From Candidatus Woesearchaeota archaeon (GTDB lineage Archaea; Nanobdellota; Nanobdellia; Woesearchaeales; 21-14-0-10-32-9), in contig JBLKOK010000004.1 in the NCBI GenBank assembly GCA_047602735.1, positions 13,480-77,479 on the forward strand: a stretch of DNA of 64,000 nt, written 5' to 3'. The notes under the pieces were generated by a model. The model searched no databases and was not told the origin of the DNA. It saw only the letters and a list, made by a program, of their open reading frames with translations. Below are positions 25,789 to 35,569 of the stretch, piece by piece. The position numbers were made by a program, and so were the translations under genes. Positions within the stretch are counted from its first letter, which is position 1, and each line of letters begins with the position of its first letter.

Positions 25789-26844
25789 ATGATGAAACAA
25801 TACCACGACCATTTAATTAAAATTTTAACAGATGATTTCTCACAATACAAACCAAACAGGACGGGAATTGACACTATAAGTCGATTTGGTTACCAAAACG
25901 AATATGATTTATCTAAAGGATTTCCTCTTTTAACAACAAAAAAAGTTTATGCTCGTGCAATAATTCATGAATTATTATGGTTTATGCGAGGAGATACAAA
26001 TTTAAAATATTTAGTGGATAATAACGTTAGGATATGGAATGAATGGGGTTTTGAGCGTTATTTAAAATCAATAAATAAAGAACTAAAGATGTATAGTGAC
26101 GAGTGGAAAAATGAGCTTGACAATTATATTAATAAAATAAAAGAAGACTCTGAGTTTGCAAAAAAACATGGTGAACTTGGTCCTGTTTATGGTAAGCAAT
26201 GGAGGAAGTGGGAAGTTGATGGTGAAGTAATTGATCAGTTCAAAAATGCTGTTGAGACTCTAAAAAAGTCTCCTAATAGTAGAAGAATAATAGTTACTGC
26301 TTGGAATCCGGCTGAAGTAAAGAATATGGCTTTACCTCCGTGTCATAGTTTTTATCAATTAAACGTTACAGGTGACGCTTTGGATTTACAGCTCTATCAA
26401 AGAAGTGCAGATATGTTTTTAGGAGTTCCTTTCAATATTGCAAGTTATGCACTATTAGTATTTGTATTGGCTAAACAAGCAGGGTTAAAGCCAGGGAGAT
26501 TCATTCACACATTTGGTGATTCACATATTTATTGTGGTGCTGGAGAAAGAGGTGCATTCTATGGAAAAAATAAAGAGTTATTAAAACAAAAAATTCTTTC
26601 AGTAAAAAAAAGAGAAGACTATTTAGAAATAAAAGAATGGATAGAAAAAACTGCTCCTGATGAACCTAAAGGAAAAGAAGGACAAGATCATATAACTGCG
26701 GTATTAGAACAACTAAGTAGGGAACCAAAACCAATTCCTAAAATAAAGATAAAAGACAAACCTTTAGAAGAATTACAATTTGAAGATTTTGAAATAATAG
26801 ATTATGATCCTCATCCTGCTATAAAGAGGAATGTTGCTGTATGA
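25789..26844 (+). CDS. thyA: thymidylate synthase ThyA (with two insertions)
   Basis: 351 aa with NRTGIDT, FPLLTTKK, HELLWFMRGDTN, GPVYGKQWR, PPCH, DLQLYQRSADMFLGVPFNIASYALL and DYDPHPAIK motifs. Confidence 0.9.
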   Translation: MMKQYHDHLIKILTDDFSQYKPNRTGIDTISRFGYQNEYDLSKGFPLLTTKKVYARAIIHELLWFMRGDTNLKYLVDNNVRIWNEWGFERYLKSINKELKMYSDEWKNELDNYINKIKEDSEFAKKHGELGPVYGKQWRKWEVDGEVIDQFKNAVETLKKSPNSRRIIVTAWNPAEVKNMALPPCHSFYQLNVTGDALDLQLYQRSADMFLGVPFNIASYALLVFVLAKQAGLKPGRFIHTFGDSHIYCGAGERGAFYGKNKELLKQKILSVKKREDYLEIKEWIEKTAPDEPKGKEGQDHITAVLEQLSREPKPIPKIKIKDKPLEELQFEDFEIIDYDPHPAIKRNVAV

Positions 26845-27377
26845 AAAGAGTGGCGTTTTTTTCAAGTGGAAACTTAAATGCTCTAGATGTTGCGATATCT
26901 TCAAAAATAATAAATCCGGTCTTACTTGTAAGCAATAATGATTTAAAAGAACTAGCAAAATTAAGAAATGTATCATTCTTAAAATATACAGATGATGCAT
27001 CTTTAATACTTGAATTGGAGTATCAAGAAATAGATTTTATAATACTTGGAGGTTATAACTTATTAGTGTCTAGAAATATATTTGCTAAGTATCCGACTTA
27101 TAACATTCACCATTCTCTATTACCAAAATTTTCTGGTAAAGGTATGTATGGGTATAAAGTTCATGAAGAAGTAATTAAGAATAATGAAAAGAAATCTGGA
27201 TTTACAATACATAGGGTGGTGGGTGGTTATGATGAAGGACCTATAATTTTCCAAAAAGAAGTATCTGTATTAAACGATAACAAGTTCACTTTATTTAATA
27301 AAATCAGTCTTCTTGAAAAAACACATTTACCTGAATTTTTTAAAAAATATCTGATGTTTGAGGAATTAAAAGTATGA
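26841..27377 (+). CDS. formyltransferase-domain protein (PurN-like)
   Basis: 178 aa. NIHHSLLPKFSGKGMYG...SGFTIHRVVGGYDEGPIIFQ parallels the PurN pattern N(I)HPSLLP...G(C)TVH.V....D.G.II.Q. Overlaps thyA and folA by 4 nt each. Confidence 0.6.
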   Translation: MKRVAFFSSGNLNALDVAISSKIINPVLLVSNNDLKELAKLRNVSFLKYTDDASLILELEYQEIDFIILGGYNLLVSRNIFAKYPTYNIHHSLLPKFSGKGMYGYKVHEEVIKNNEKKSGFTIHRVVGGYDEGPIIFQKEVSVLNDNKFTLFNKISLLEKTHLPEFFKKYLMFEELKV

Positions 27378-27835
27378 TGTCTATAATTGTTGCTATGACA
27401 AAAAATAAGGTTATAGGAAATGACTTAAAAATACCCTGGTATATATCTGAAGATTTTAAACACTTCAAACAAACAACGCTTAACTCAGTTATAATAATGG
27501 GGAGAAAAACATATGAAAGCATAGGAAAACCTCTTCCTCAAAGAATAAACATAGTAGTATCTAAAACCTTAGAAAAATCTCCTGATTTCGAATTAGCTAA
27601 CTCATTTGAAGAAGCAATTAAAATAGCAAAGGGTTTTAACAAGAAAATATTTTTAATAGGAGGCTCATCTATTTACAAAGAAGGATTAAAATATGCGGAT
27701 GAGTTAATAATTAGTTGGATAAAAAAAGATTATCCTGGCAATATTTATTTTCCAAAATTTAATGAAGAGGATTGGATTGAAACAAAAGCAAAAGAACATG
27801 ATGAGTTTATAATAAAATGGTACGAGAAAAAATGA
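27374..27835 (+). CDS. folA: dihydrofolate reductase
   Basis: 153 aa with [42 protein letters not shown] and LIGGSSIY motifs. Confidence 0.85.
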   Translation: MMSIIVAMTKNKVIGNDLKIPWYISEDFKHFKQTTLNSVIIMGRKTYESIGKPLPQRINIVVSKTLEKSPDFELANSFEEAIKIAKGFNKKIFLIGGSSIYKEGLKYADELIISWIKKDYPGNIYFPKFNEEDWIETKAKEHDEFIIKWYEKK

Positions 27836-29043
27836 ATTTAAAAGAAGTAGATTTTGAAATATACGAAGCGATAAAAAATGAAGAAAAAAGACAAAGACAA
27901 GGAATAGAGTTAATTCCGTCTGAAAATATTGTGAGTGAAGCCGTATTAGAAGCTGCAGGATCTGTTCTAACAAATAAATACTCTGAAGGATATCCTGGAA
28001 GAAGATATTATGGTGGTAACGAATTCATTGATGTATCTGAACAATTAGCAATTGATAGGGCTAAAAAATTATTTGGAGCAGATCATGCAAATGTTCAGCC
28101 ACATTCAGGTGCAAATGCAAACATGGCGGCATATTTAGCATTACTCAAACCAGGAGATACTGTGCTTGGATTAAAATTAGATCATGGGGGGCATTTAACT
28201 CACGGGCATCCTGTAAATATATCTGGGATATTTTATAATTTTTTACAATATAAATTAAATGAAGAAGGATTTATTGATTATGATGAACTTGAAAAATTAG
28301 CAATAGAACACAAACCAAGATTAATAATCGCGGGCTTCTCAGCATATAGTAGGGAGATTGACTTTAAGCGTTTTAAAGAAATAGCTGACAAATCTGGTTC
28401 ATTATTAATGGCAGATGTTGCGCACATAGCAGGTTTAATAGTTGCAGGTGTTCATCCTTCGCCTTTTCCATATTGTGATGTTGTAACAACAACAACTCAT
28501 AAAACTCTAAGAGGACCAAGAGGAGGTTTAATACTTTGTAAACAAGAATTTGCAAAAGCAATAGATAAAGCAATATTTCCAGGGTTACAAGGAGGTCCTT
28601 TAGAACACATAATTGCGGCTAAAGCTGTTGCTTTTAAAGAAGCTCTTCAGCCAGAATTTAAAAAATATCAAGAACAAATAGTGAAAAATGCAAGAGCATT
28701 AGCAAATGAACTTATAAAAAAAGATGTAAAAATTGTAAGTAGTGGAACTGATAATCATTTAATGTTAATTGATCTAAGAGATGAGCGTTTAAAAGGAATT
28801 GAACTTGAAGAAGCTTTAGATGAATTAAACATTTTTGCAAACAAAAACACTGTTCCTTTTGATCCTGCAAGCGCATTCAAACCTTCAGGTTTAAGAATTG
28901 GAACACCGGCTATAACTACTCGTGGCATGAAAGAAGAAGAAATGAAACTAATTGCTAGTTGGATAGCTGACGTAATAAAAAATCAGAGTTATGATAAAGA
29001 AAAAATAAAGCGTGAAGTATTAGAACTCTGTGAAAAGTTCTAA
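27832..29043 (+). CDS. glyA: serine hydroxymethyltransferase
   Basis: Motifs [27 protein letters not shown] and [14 protein letters not shown] (PLP lysine). ATG 27832 overlaps the folA stop as ATGA. The track ORF begins at the upstream in-frame ATG 27817. Confidence 0.95.
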   Translation: MNLKEVDFEIYEAIKNEEKRQRQGIELIPSENIVSEAVLEAAGSVLTNKYSEGYPGRRYYGGNEFIDVSEQLAIDRAKKLFGADHANVQPHSGANANMAAYLALLKPGDTVLGLKLDHGGHLTHGHPVNISGIFYNFLQYKLNEEGFIDYDELEKLAIEHKPRLIIAGFSAYSREIDFKRFKEIADKSGSLLMADVAHIAGLIVAGVHPSPFPYCDVVTTTTHKTLRGPRGGLILCKQEFAKAIDKAIFPGLQGGPLEHIIAAKAVAFKEALQPEFKKYQEQIVKNARALANELIKKDVKIVSSGTDNHLMLIDLRDERLKGIELEEALDELNIFANKNTVPFDPASAFKPSGLRIGTPAITTRGMKEEEMKLIASWIADVIKNQSYDKEKIKREVLELCEKF

Positions 29044-29702
29044 AGTAAATCAGCTAAATATTTTATATCTTTAAAAACTCCAAGGCTTGGATTTGATTCT
29101 TTTAATCTAACTTCGTCTTGTATACCACAACTAACTGCTATTTGTTCAATGCCGTTTTGTTGGCCTGCGTATATATCTTTTGTAGAATCTCCTATGATTA
29201 CAGCCAGTTCTCTTTTAACATTATTTTCTTTTAAAAATTCTTTTATAAAACCAGTCTTATCATAAACCTCTCCAAAAACTCCTAGATCAAACATATCTCT
29301 AATATTATACTCATCTACTCTATCTTGAAGCTCTTGTTCTGGAGACGAGCTTACAATAATCATTGGCTTATCTGAAAATTTTATTAATGCATCAAAAGCA
29401 AAAGGATAAATCTTTGGAGGATTATTTGCTTTTACTTCTGCATACGTTTTTGAAAACTCTTGGTTAACTAAATTTCTCTCTTCATCATTATAGGATATAT
29501 CTAAGTATGCTTCAAAAAATTGTGCGGGAGTACCTTGTGTGTGTTTTTTCCATTCTTCAAAACTTATTGGGTTTAGTCCTCTTACTTGGATCATCTCATT
29601 ATTAGCAAGATAAACTGGGTATATGCTATCGTTGACAACTCCGTCAAAATCAAATAAATGATATTCTAAATCCCTAATTTTTTTTATTATCCATTCTTTC
29701 AT
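29040..29702 (-). CDS. HAD-superfamily hydrolase
   Basis: 220 aa with motif I (LFDFDGVV), motif II (IVSSS) and motif IV (GDSTKD). Confidence 0.7.
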   Translation of the reverse strand: MKEWIIKKIRDLEYHLFDFDGVVNDSIYPVYLANNEMIQVRGLNPISFEEWKKHTQGTPAQFFEAYLDISYNDEERNLVNQEFSKTYAEVKANNPPKIYPFAFDALIKFSDKPMIIVSSSPEQELQDRVDEYNIRDMFDLGVFGEVYDKTGFIKEFLKENNVKRELAVIIGDSTKDIYAGQQNGIEQIAVSCGIQDEVRLKESNPSLGVFKDIKYLADLL

Positions 29703-29735
29703 GGTAACAAATTAAAATTGGTATTATTTAAACTT

Positions 29736-30878
29736 TTATATTATTTCAAAGAATTCATCAACTTCATAAAAATGTTTTTTACTCAAATCAATTGCTAGCG
29801 GCGTTTTCTTTGCTCTTAGTGCAATTAAATCATTTGTTGCAATCGGCTTAAAATACTTAGGCATTCTAGGTCCGTGTTGACCTGCGTAGTTACTTCCTGA
29901 TTTTTCATCTCCATAAATCTTATCTGGAATAACTCTTGTTCTATAAAAATCAAATTCTGCTATTGGGCTTTTATTACTTAAAAGAAAACTTCCTTTTTCT
30001 TCACTCATTAGCTCAATCACGCCGTCTCCTCTAAATCCATTATCAAAAAATCCTGCAAAGTGAAGTGGTCCTCTAATATTTGTAAGGCTGTATGCTCTCA
30101 TCTCTGCATTTATGTGTGCTGGTAAATCAAATATCTCATCAGTAAATAATAATATGCAATCTCCTCTCTCGACCTTTAAGTTCTTTAATTTTTTCCTCTG
30201 ATTTCTTGATGTTAAACAAACATGAACAACTACTCCGTCCTCTGTTATAAATGCATCATAGGGCTTGCCTTCTCTATTTTTTAAAAATGGTCTTTTTTCA
30301 AATTCTTCTACTAATTCTTTTCTTGAAAGCCTTGCTCCAACTCCTTTAAAAATCCTGAGTTGATTCATTGAAAGCCCTGGTTTTACTACAACATTAAATT
30401 TTTGTGGATGAACTAATAACCAAAGTTTTACATATTCTTTTCCACTATATCTTGGATGAACAATATCTGAACAAGGATTTTTTTCTGCAAAAGCTCTAAC
30501 ATCTAAAAAAGTTCTTCCTATACTACTTTTTGGACTTATCTTAACATATTCATCATCTTCAAGTTTTATTCGCTCATTTAATGGAAATAAATAGCTGTGT
30601 CCTACATTTAAAATAAATCCTTGACTAATATCGAACTTTTTCTTTTTGTGTCTTGGTATCTCTTTTAGTGCTTCTTCTATTGGTTGAGTAGTATTGGATC
30701 TTAAAAAAGTAGCAATCTCATCGTCTAACCAATAACAACAAGTTCCTATTGTCGGCTCATAAGAATTAGTTTGTATTCTCTTTTCGGTTTCTTCGTTATA
30801 GTCTACATCTATTCTTCTTTGTTTGATGTATTCTCTAAGATCTTGACTTGGAAGACAATACCCTATTTCTTTTTTCAT
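29736..30878 (-). CDS. dcd: 2'-deoxycytidine 5'-triphosphate deaminase-like protein (long tandem dUTPase-fold form)
   Basis: 380 aa. N-terminal CLPSQDLREYIKQRRI. C-terminal AGFFDNGFRGDGVIELMS resembles the dCTP deaminase pattern pGxfDpGfxGxxtlEl. Confidence 0.55.
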   Translation of the reverse strand: MKKEIGYCLPSQDLREYIKQRRIDVDYNEETEKRIQTNSYEPTIGTCCYWLDDEIATFLRSNTTQPIEEALKEIPRHKKKKFDISQGFILNVGHSYLFPLNERIKLEDDEYVKISPKSSIGRTFLDVRAFAEKNPCSDIVHPRYSGKEYVKLWLLVHPQKFNVVVKPGLSMNQLRIFKGVGARLSRKELVEEFEKRPFLKNREGKPYDAFITEDGVVVHVCLTSRNQRKKLKNLKVERGDCILLFTDEIFDLPAHINAEMRAYSLTNIRGPLHFAGFFDNGFRGDGVIELMSEEKGSFLLSNKSPIAEFDFYRTRVIPDKIYGDEKSGSNYAGQHGPRMPKYFKPIATNDLIALRAKKTPLAIDLSKKHFYEVDEFFEII

Positions 30879-30974
30879 TAGTTAGTTATAACCTTTACTG
30901 TTTTTAAATGTTTTTCTAGATAAGCCGGATATTTTACATAATTTTTATAAAAACCTTGTTTTTTTTATGTTTTT

Positions 30975-31244
30975 ATGCGAAAAAAAGAATATGGCTCTTA
31001 CAAAATTGATAGCTGTCCTTTTTGTGGTCTTCAAGCAACAACAAAAAACTCACAACAAGTTCCTGTATGCTTAAAACATAAAAGTCTTTTACTTCAAGAT
31101 TTAAAATGTTCTTGTGGTGACTACTTAGATATAAAAACAGGTAAGTACGGAGTATTTTTCACTTGTTTTAATTGCGGGGCTGTTAATTTTAACAAAGGAT
31201 TATCTATTAATGGTTATCCTCTAAAAAGTATAAATGATCTTTAA
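30975..31244 (+). CDS. small zinc-ribbon protein (topoisomerase-type C4 finger-like)
   Basis: 89 aa. CPFCG...C..H and CSCGDYLDIKTGKYGVFFTCFNCG resemble the zf-C4_Topoisom pattern. Confidence 0.45.
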   Translation: MRKKEYGSYKIDSCPFCGLQATTKNSQQVPVCLKHKSLLLQDLKCSCGDYLDIKTGKYGVFFTCFNCGAVNFNKGLSINGYPLKSINDL

Positions 31245-32914
31245 AAGAAGTAGCTCTTACTAACATATTCTTTAATCATTCTATGCGTATTAAAATAACT
31301 AGCATTAACACTAATTGAATGCTTCATAATACTTATCCATTCTTTCCTATTACTATAATACGTAGGTATTATTTTTTCAAGTTTTTCATAAATAGATTTA
31401 GCATCTACTTCGTCTTGGTTTTGACCTTCAACGTATCCTTCTCCTATGCTCCAACCAGTTATACCTTCTATGCATCCTTCAAGCCACCACCCATCTAAAA
31501 CAGATAAGCTAGGAACTCCATTATGTGCTGCCTTCATACCACTTGTACCAGAAGCCTCATTTGGTCTAAGAGGAGTATTTAACCAAAGATCCACTCCTGA
31601 CAAAATAATCTTTGCAAGAGCCATATCATAATCTTCTAAATAAATAAATTTCACATCTCCTCTTATTTGATCCTTCAGACCATGTATGTGTTTAATATAT
31701 TCTTTACCTTGAGTATCATTTGGATGCGCTTTACCTCCAAAAACAATTTGAATTCCTCCTTTCTCACTTACATTCTTAAGACTCTCAATATCTCTAAAAA
31801 GTAGAGAAGCTCGTTTATAGCCTGTTGCTCTTCTAGCAAAACCAACAGTAAATGTATCTATATTAAAGTCTAAATTGTATTTTGAATTAATATATTCGAT
31901 TAATTTCTTTTTTGCGCTTTGGTGAGCTGTCCAAATTTCTTCATCATTAATTTTTAATGCTTCTCTCAAAAACTCTGGATTTTCATTCCACATACTAATG
32001 TTTCTATTAAAAACTTCTGCTAATTCATCACAAACCCATGTTCTAGAGTGAACTCCGTTAGTTATACTTTTAATTTCATATCCTGGAAACATATCTCTAC
32101 TTACTTGGCTGTGTCTTCTTGCAACTCCATTAACAAACCTAGAAAACTTCAAAGCTAAATGAGTCATATTAAGACCATCACTTATATCAATGAATTTTAA
32201 GGTAACAGAAGGATATCCTTTTAAAACATCCATTGCTTGCTCGTGGCTAAAACAATCATGTCCTGCAGGCACAGGGGTGTGTGTTGTAAAAACACATTTC
32301 TTTTTTATTAATTGCTCGTATTCTTCAAGGCTTTTTCCTGGATTTAGCTCTTTTATTTGTTCCAAAAGCTCAATTATAAGCAAGGCTGCATGACCTTCAT
32401 TCATATGATATGTATAAATTTCATCATAACCTAGTTCTTTTAATATCTTAACTCCTCCGACTCCTAAAATAACTTCTTGGCAAAGTCTATAATATCTATC
32501 TCCTCCATAAAGATAACTAGTAAGAGTTCTATCATAATCTGAGTTGCCTTCAATATTTGTATCTAATAATATGATGGGTATTTTATTATCGCTTATGCCT
32601 GTTAGTTCATATTTCCATGCTCCAACTTTTACGTCTCTTCCAGAAATACTAACTGTTACTTGAACATCTAACTTAGTAAGATACTCTTCTTTATTCCAAC
32701 TCTCATTTAATTCTTGCTGTTCACCATTAACTATTTTTTGTTTAAAATATCCTTTCTCGTGAAGTAGTGTAACTCCGAGTATTGGCATCTTAAGATCTGC
32801 TCCGCTCTTTAAAGTATCTCCTGCTAATATGCCTAAGCCTCCGCTATAAGTCTCCATCTCTTCTTTTACGCCTATCTCCATAGAAAAATAGGCTATTCTT
32901 GGTTTTTGATTCAT
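31241..32914 (-). CDS. glgP: alpha-glucan (glycogen/maltodextrin) phosphorylase, GT35
   Basis: 557 aa with IAYFSMEIG, YSGGLGILAGD, TTHTPVPAGHD and EASGTSGMKAAHNG (PLP-Lys region) motifs. Confidence 0.85.
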   Translation of the reverse strand: MNQKPRIAYFSMEIGVKEEMETYSGGLGILAGDTLKSGADLKMPILGVTLLHEKGYFKQKIVNGEQQELNESWNKEEYLTKLDVQVTVSISGRDVKVGAWKYELTGISDNKIPIILLDTNIEGNSDYDRTLTSYLYGGDRYYRLCQEVILGVGGVKILKELGYDEIYTYHMNEGHAALLIIELLEQIKELNPGKSLEEYEQLIKKKCVFTTHTPVPAGHDCFSHEQAMDVLKGYPSVTLKFIDISDGLNMTHLALKFSRFVNGVARRHSQVSRDMFPGYEIKSITNGVHSRTWVCDELAEVFNRNISMWNENPEFLREALKINDEEIWTAHQSAKKKLIEYINSKYNLDFNIDTFTVGFARRATGYKRASLLFRDIESLKNVSEKGGIQIVFGGKAHPNDTQGKEYIKHIHGLKDQIRGDVKFIYLEDYDMALAKIILSGVDLWLNTPLRPNEASGTSGMKAAHNGVPSLSVLDGWWLEGCIEGITGWSIGEGYVEGQNQDEVDAKSIYEKLEKIIPTYYSNRKEWISIMKHSISVNASYFNTHRMIKEYVSKSYFF

Positions 32915-33077
32915 ATTTATTTATTATAATACTTAAGTTTTATAAGTTTATCTGAATTTATTTTTTTAATCAGTAAGTAACAAATTATTATCAAGAGAAA
33001 ATTATATAAATAAAACAAATATTCAATTATATGATGGGTTATATATTTTATATAATCTGTATTATTTGGGGAGCTAA

Positions 33078-33350
33078 ATGGTTAAAAATAAAAAAATATT
33101 CGGAACATTCTTTAGAGAAAAGCCAGCTATGATGTTAATTGCTTTAAAAAATAGTTCTTCGGAGATTTATGCTTCTTCACTTGCAAAAACCGTTGATTGT
33201 ACTTATAGTCACGTAGTTAAAATTCTTCAAGAAATGGAACGTTATAACATTGTTGCTTTTGAAAAACAAGGAAGGCTAAAAATAATAAGGCTTACTGAAA
33301 AAGGTTTAAAAGTTGCAAATAGTATTGAAGATATAAGGTTGACTTTATAG
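33078..33350 (+). CDS. winged-helix transcriptional regulator
   Basis: 90 aa. IYASSLAKTVDCTYSHVVKILQEMERYNIVAFEKQGRLKIIRLTEKG is an HTH-wing pattern. The upstream Shine-Dalgarno-like sequence is ggggag. Confidence 0.55.
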   Translation: MVKNKKIFGTFFREKPAMMLIALKNSSSEIYASSLAKTVDCTYSHVVKILQEMERYNIVAFEKQGRLKIIRLTEKGLKVANSIEDIRLTL

Positions 33351-33431
33351 TTTTATTCGTATAATTTTCGATTTTTCTTTGATAATTGTTTTTAATTAGT
33401 TTAACTTTTATTGTGTCATGGTGAAATTAAC

Positions 33432-33725
33432 ATGGCGGATTTATTAGATAGTATAATACTAGGTAGTGTTGCTTATTATCTTGCAACAAAATCTAAAGAA
33501 GAAGACGAAAGCTTTAATAGAGCTCTTGCTGCTGTTGCTGCAGGTACAATAACTTATGTTAAAGGACCTGATGTGTACGATTCATTAAAAAACTATTTTG
33601 ATGATGATGCAACTCAACAACAAAAAGACAGAATATTGGCAAGTGTTGTTTTAGGCGCTACAGGTTATATAACAGGGGACAAAATAGGAGATTCATTGAG
33701 GGGTAACAAAGGTGGCAAACCTTAA
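33432..33725 (+). CDS. hypothetical small protein with Gly/Ala-rich hydrophobic segments
   Basis: ATG at 33432 (MADLLDSIILGSVAYYLA...); the track ORF starts at TTG 33411. First gene of a four-gene overlapping set. Confidence 0.4.
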   Translation: MADLLDSIILGSVAYYLATKSKEEDESFNRALAAVAAGTITYVKGPDVYDSLKNYFDDDATQQQKDRILASVVLGATGYITGDKIGDSLRGNKGGKP

Positions 33726-33948
33726 ATTATTAATTAATGCTTTTGAAATTTATTCTGATGCGTATAATAATAAGGATGATCTTGGAAGTTATCTTTTAAA
33801 AAATCATAAAAATATAGTTGATAAGTTAAATAAAGATATTAGTGTAAGGGATATTGATATAAAAAAAGTGTTGACAAGTACATTCATAAAAGATAATTTT
33901 TCTGATTTTTATGATTTCTCGATGAAATATTTGGGGGGTGGATTATGA
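33712..33948 (+). CDS. hypothetical protein
   Basis: 78 aa. A GTG start overlaps the previous gene by 14 nt. The stop overlaps the next ATG as ATGA. No domain recognised. Confidence 0.35.
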   Translation: MANLKLLINAFEIYSDAYNNKDDLGSYLLKNHKNIVDKLNKDISVRDIDIKKVLTSTFIKDNFSDFYDFSMKYLGGGL

Positions 33949-34862
33949 AAGCTAAAAAAACTGCGGTAGGAATAATAATTGGGGGTGTGTTGGTTAAAGG
34001 TCTTAAGAATTTAGTTTTTGGAAATCCACCTAGTAAAGTTAGAAAAACAATAATTTACAGTGCGCTTGCTGGAACTTTAATATATAATAGTTGTCAACCT
34101 CAGCTAAATTCAGCTAAAAACTATTTAGATTTGTCCATTGACAAATATATTGAAACTGTCCAATTGAAAAAGGACAATGAGTCAAATGCTCTAAGAGTTA
34201 GTTTAGATTCTTTATATAACATAAATAAAAGTCTTGATAGTCAGATAAATAATTTAGTTCTTAAAAACGGCGAGTTAATTGCAAAAGCAAGAGAATCTGA
34301 AAGAAAATATCAAGATAAAGCTAAAAAGGTCTTGGATTTAAAATCAAATCAATCTAATAATAATTTTGCAAATGAATCTGTTAGATATAATAATAATGAT
34401 TTAGTTAATATACAAAATAATAATTATTCTTCGCCTAATAGATCGGTAATAAATCGAGCAAATATTAATTCTGAATATTATTGGTATGTTGCAAAAAGAT
34501 TTGATAGCTCAATAAGAATTGCAAGGAATTTTACACATCATGAGAGTTATGCTCAAAAAATATTGGATTTCAATGGAATATCTGAACAAGATATAATAAA
34601 AGGATATCCTATTATAATTCCTCAAGAATTCTTAAAATTTGAACATAGTTCTCTTAGAAAAGATTATGTTCCAAGAAATATTGCTATAAGAAAAAATGAA
34701 ACTTTAGATGAATTTGTTATACGTGTTAAAAATCCTCCTACTATAACTCAGAGAAGAAAACTAGTTAATGAAATCAAAAGATATAATAACTCTAAAGGAA
34801 ATATAATGGACTATAATGGTAGAACAAGCAAATCATTGGTGTATTTGCCTAACGGGTGGTAA
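33945..34862 (+). CDS. membrane-anchored coiled-coil protein with C-terminal LysM-like domain
   Basis: 305 aa. N-terminal TM (TAVGIIIGGVLVKGL), then an Asn-rich linker. Residues about 178-227 (YWYVAKRFDSSIRIARNF...AQKILDFNGISEQDIIKGYPIIIP) follow LysM spacing. Confidence 0.5.
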   Translation: MKAKKTAVGIIIGGVLVKGLKNLVFGNPPSKVRKTIIYSALAGTLIYNSCQPQLNSAKNYLDLSIDKYIETVQLKKDNESNALRVSLDSLYNINKSLDSQINNLVLKNGELIAKARESERKYQDKAKKVLDLKSNQSNNNFANESVRYNNNDLVNIQNNNYSSPNRSVINRANINSEYYWYVAKRFDSSIRIARNFTHHESYAQKILDFNGISEQDIIKGYPIIIPQEFLKFEHSSLRKDYVPRNIAIRKNETLDEFVIRVKNPPTITQRRKLVNEIKRYNNSKGNIMDYNGRTSKSLVYLPNGW

Positions 34863-34864
34863 AA

Positions 34865-35404
34865 ATGTTTAAAAGCTTAGCAGATAACATAAAGTCAAGT
34901 ATTGTTTCAATATCTAACACACTAAAATACTTAGATGAATTTTCTTATGAATTAGAATCAAGATTTAATCAAACCAAAAAGTCATATAATGAGTTATGGG
35001 ACAAATCTTTCAATTATCATCTGTCTAGTGATTTTAAAGAATTCGAAGAGTTTACTTATACCTTAACAGATAATCTTAGTTGGTATAATAACAAAATGTC
35101 AGACCTTGAAAATAACTTATTTAATAATTCAACCATGTCTACTGGTGATATAGGTTCTAAATTTAATTCATATGATGAAGCAGATAACTCTTTTGATGAT
35201 TTAAAACACGTTTTAGATGGAGGTTTAAGATCTCAAGGAATATGGTCTTGGGAAGATAGATTAGACTATGTAAAAAATAATGCTGATAAATATGATTTGT
35301 CTTCTTATGATGATAACATGTTAAGAGATTATTTATTTTCTAAAGAATATTTGTTTCGTAACAAAAAAGATGTTTTTTATGAATTATTAGATTTACTTGA
35401 CTAA
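34865..35404 (+). CDS. hypothetical acidic protein
   Basis: ATG 34865 lies 2 nt after the upstream stop; the track ORF uses GTG 34856. No domain recognised. Confidence 0.45.
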   Translation: MFKSLADNIKSSIVSISNTLKYLDEFSYELESRFNQTKKSYNELWDKSFNYHLSSDFKEFEEFTYTLTDNLSWYNNKMSDLENNLFNNSTMSTGDIGSKFNSYDEADNSFDDLKHVLDGGLRSQGIWSWEDRLDYVKNNADKYDLSSYDDNMLRDYLFSKEYLFRNKKDVFYELLDLLD

Positions 35405-35447
35405 ACAAAACTTTTTTAAATAAACTTGAAGTCTCTATTAGTTAAAT

Positions 35448-35520
35448 GGCTCCGTAGCTTAGCAGGTGGAGCGGTCGGCTGTTAACCGACAGGTCGCCAG
35501 TTCAAATCTGGCCGGAGCCG
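35448..35520 (+). tRNA. tRNA-Asn (anticodon GTT)
   Basis: 73 nt. Acceptor GGCTCCG/CGGAGCC. Anticodon arm GTCGG-CTGTTAA-CCGAC. T arm GCCAG-TTCAAAT-CTGGC. TATA-like cttttttaaataaac lies about 25-35 nt upstream. Confidence 0.9.
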
Positions 35521-35569
35521 TTTTTTTTTTATAAAATAATTTAAATAATGGTTGTTTTTATTTATTCTT

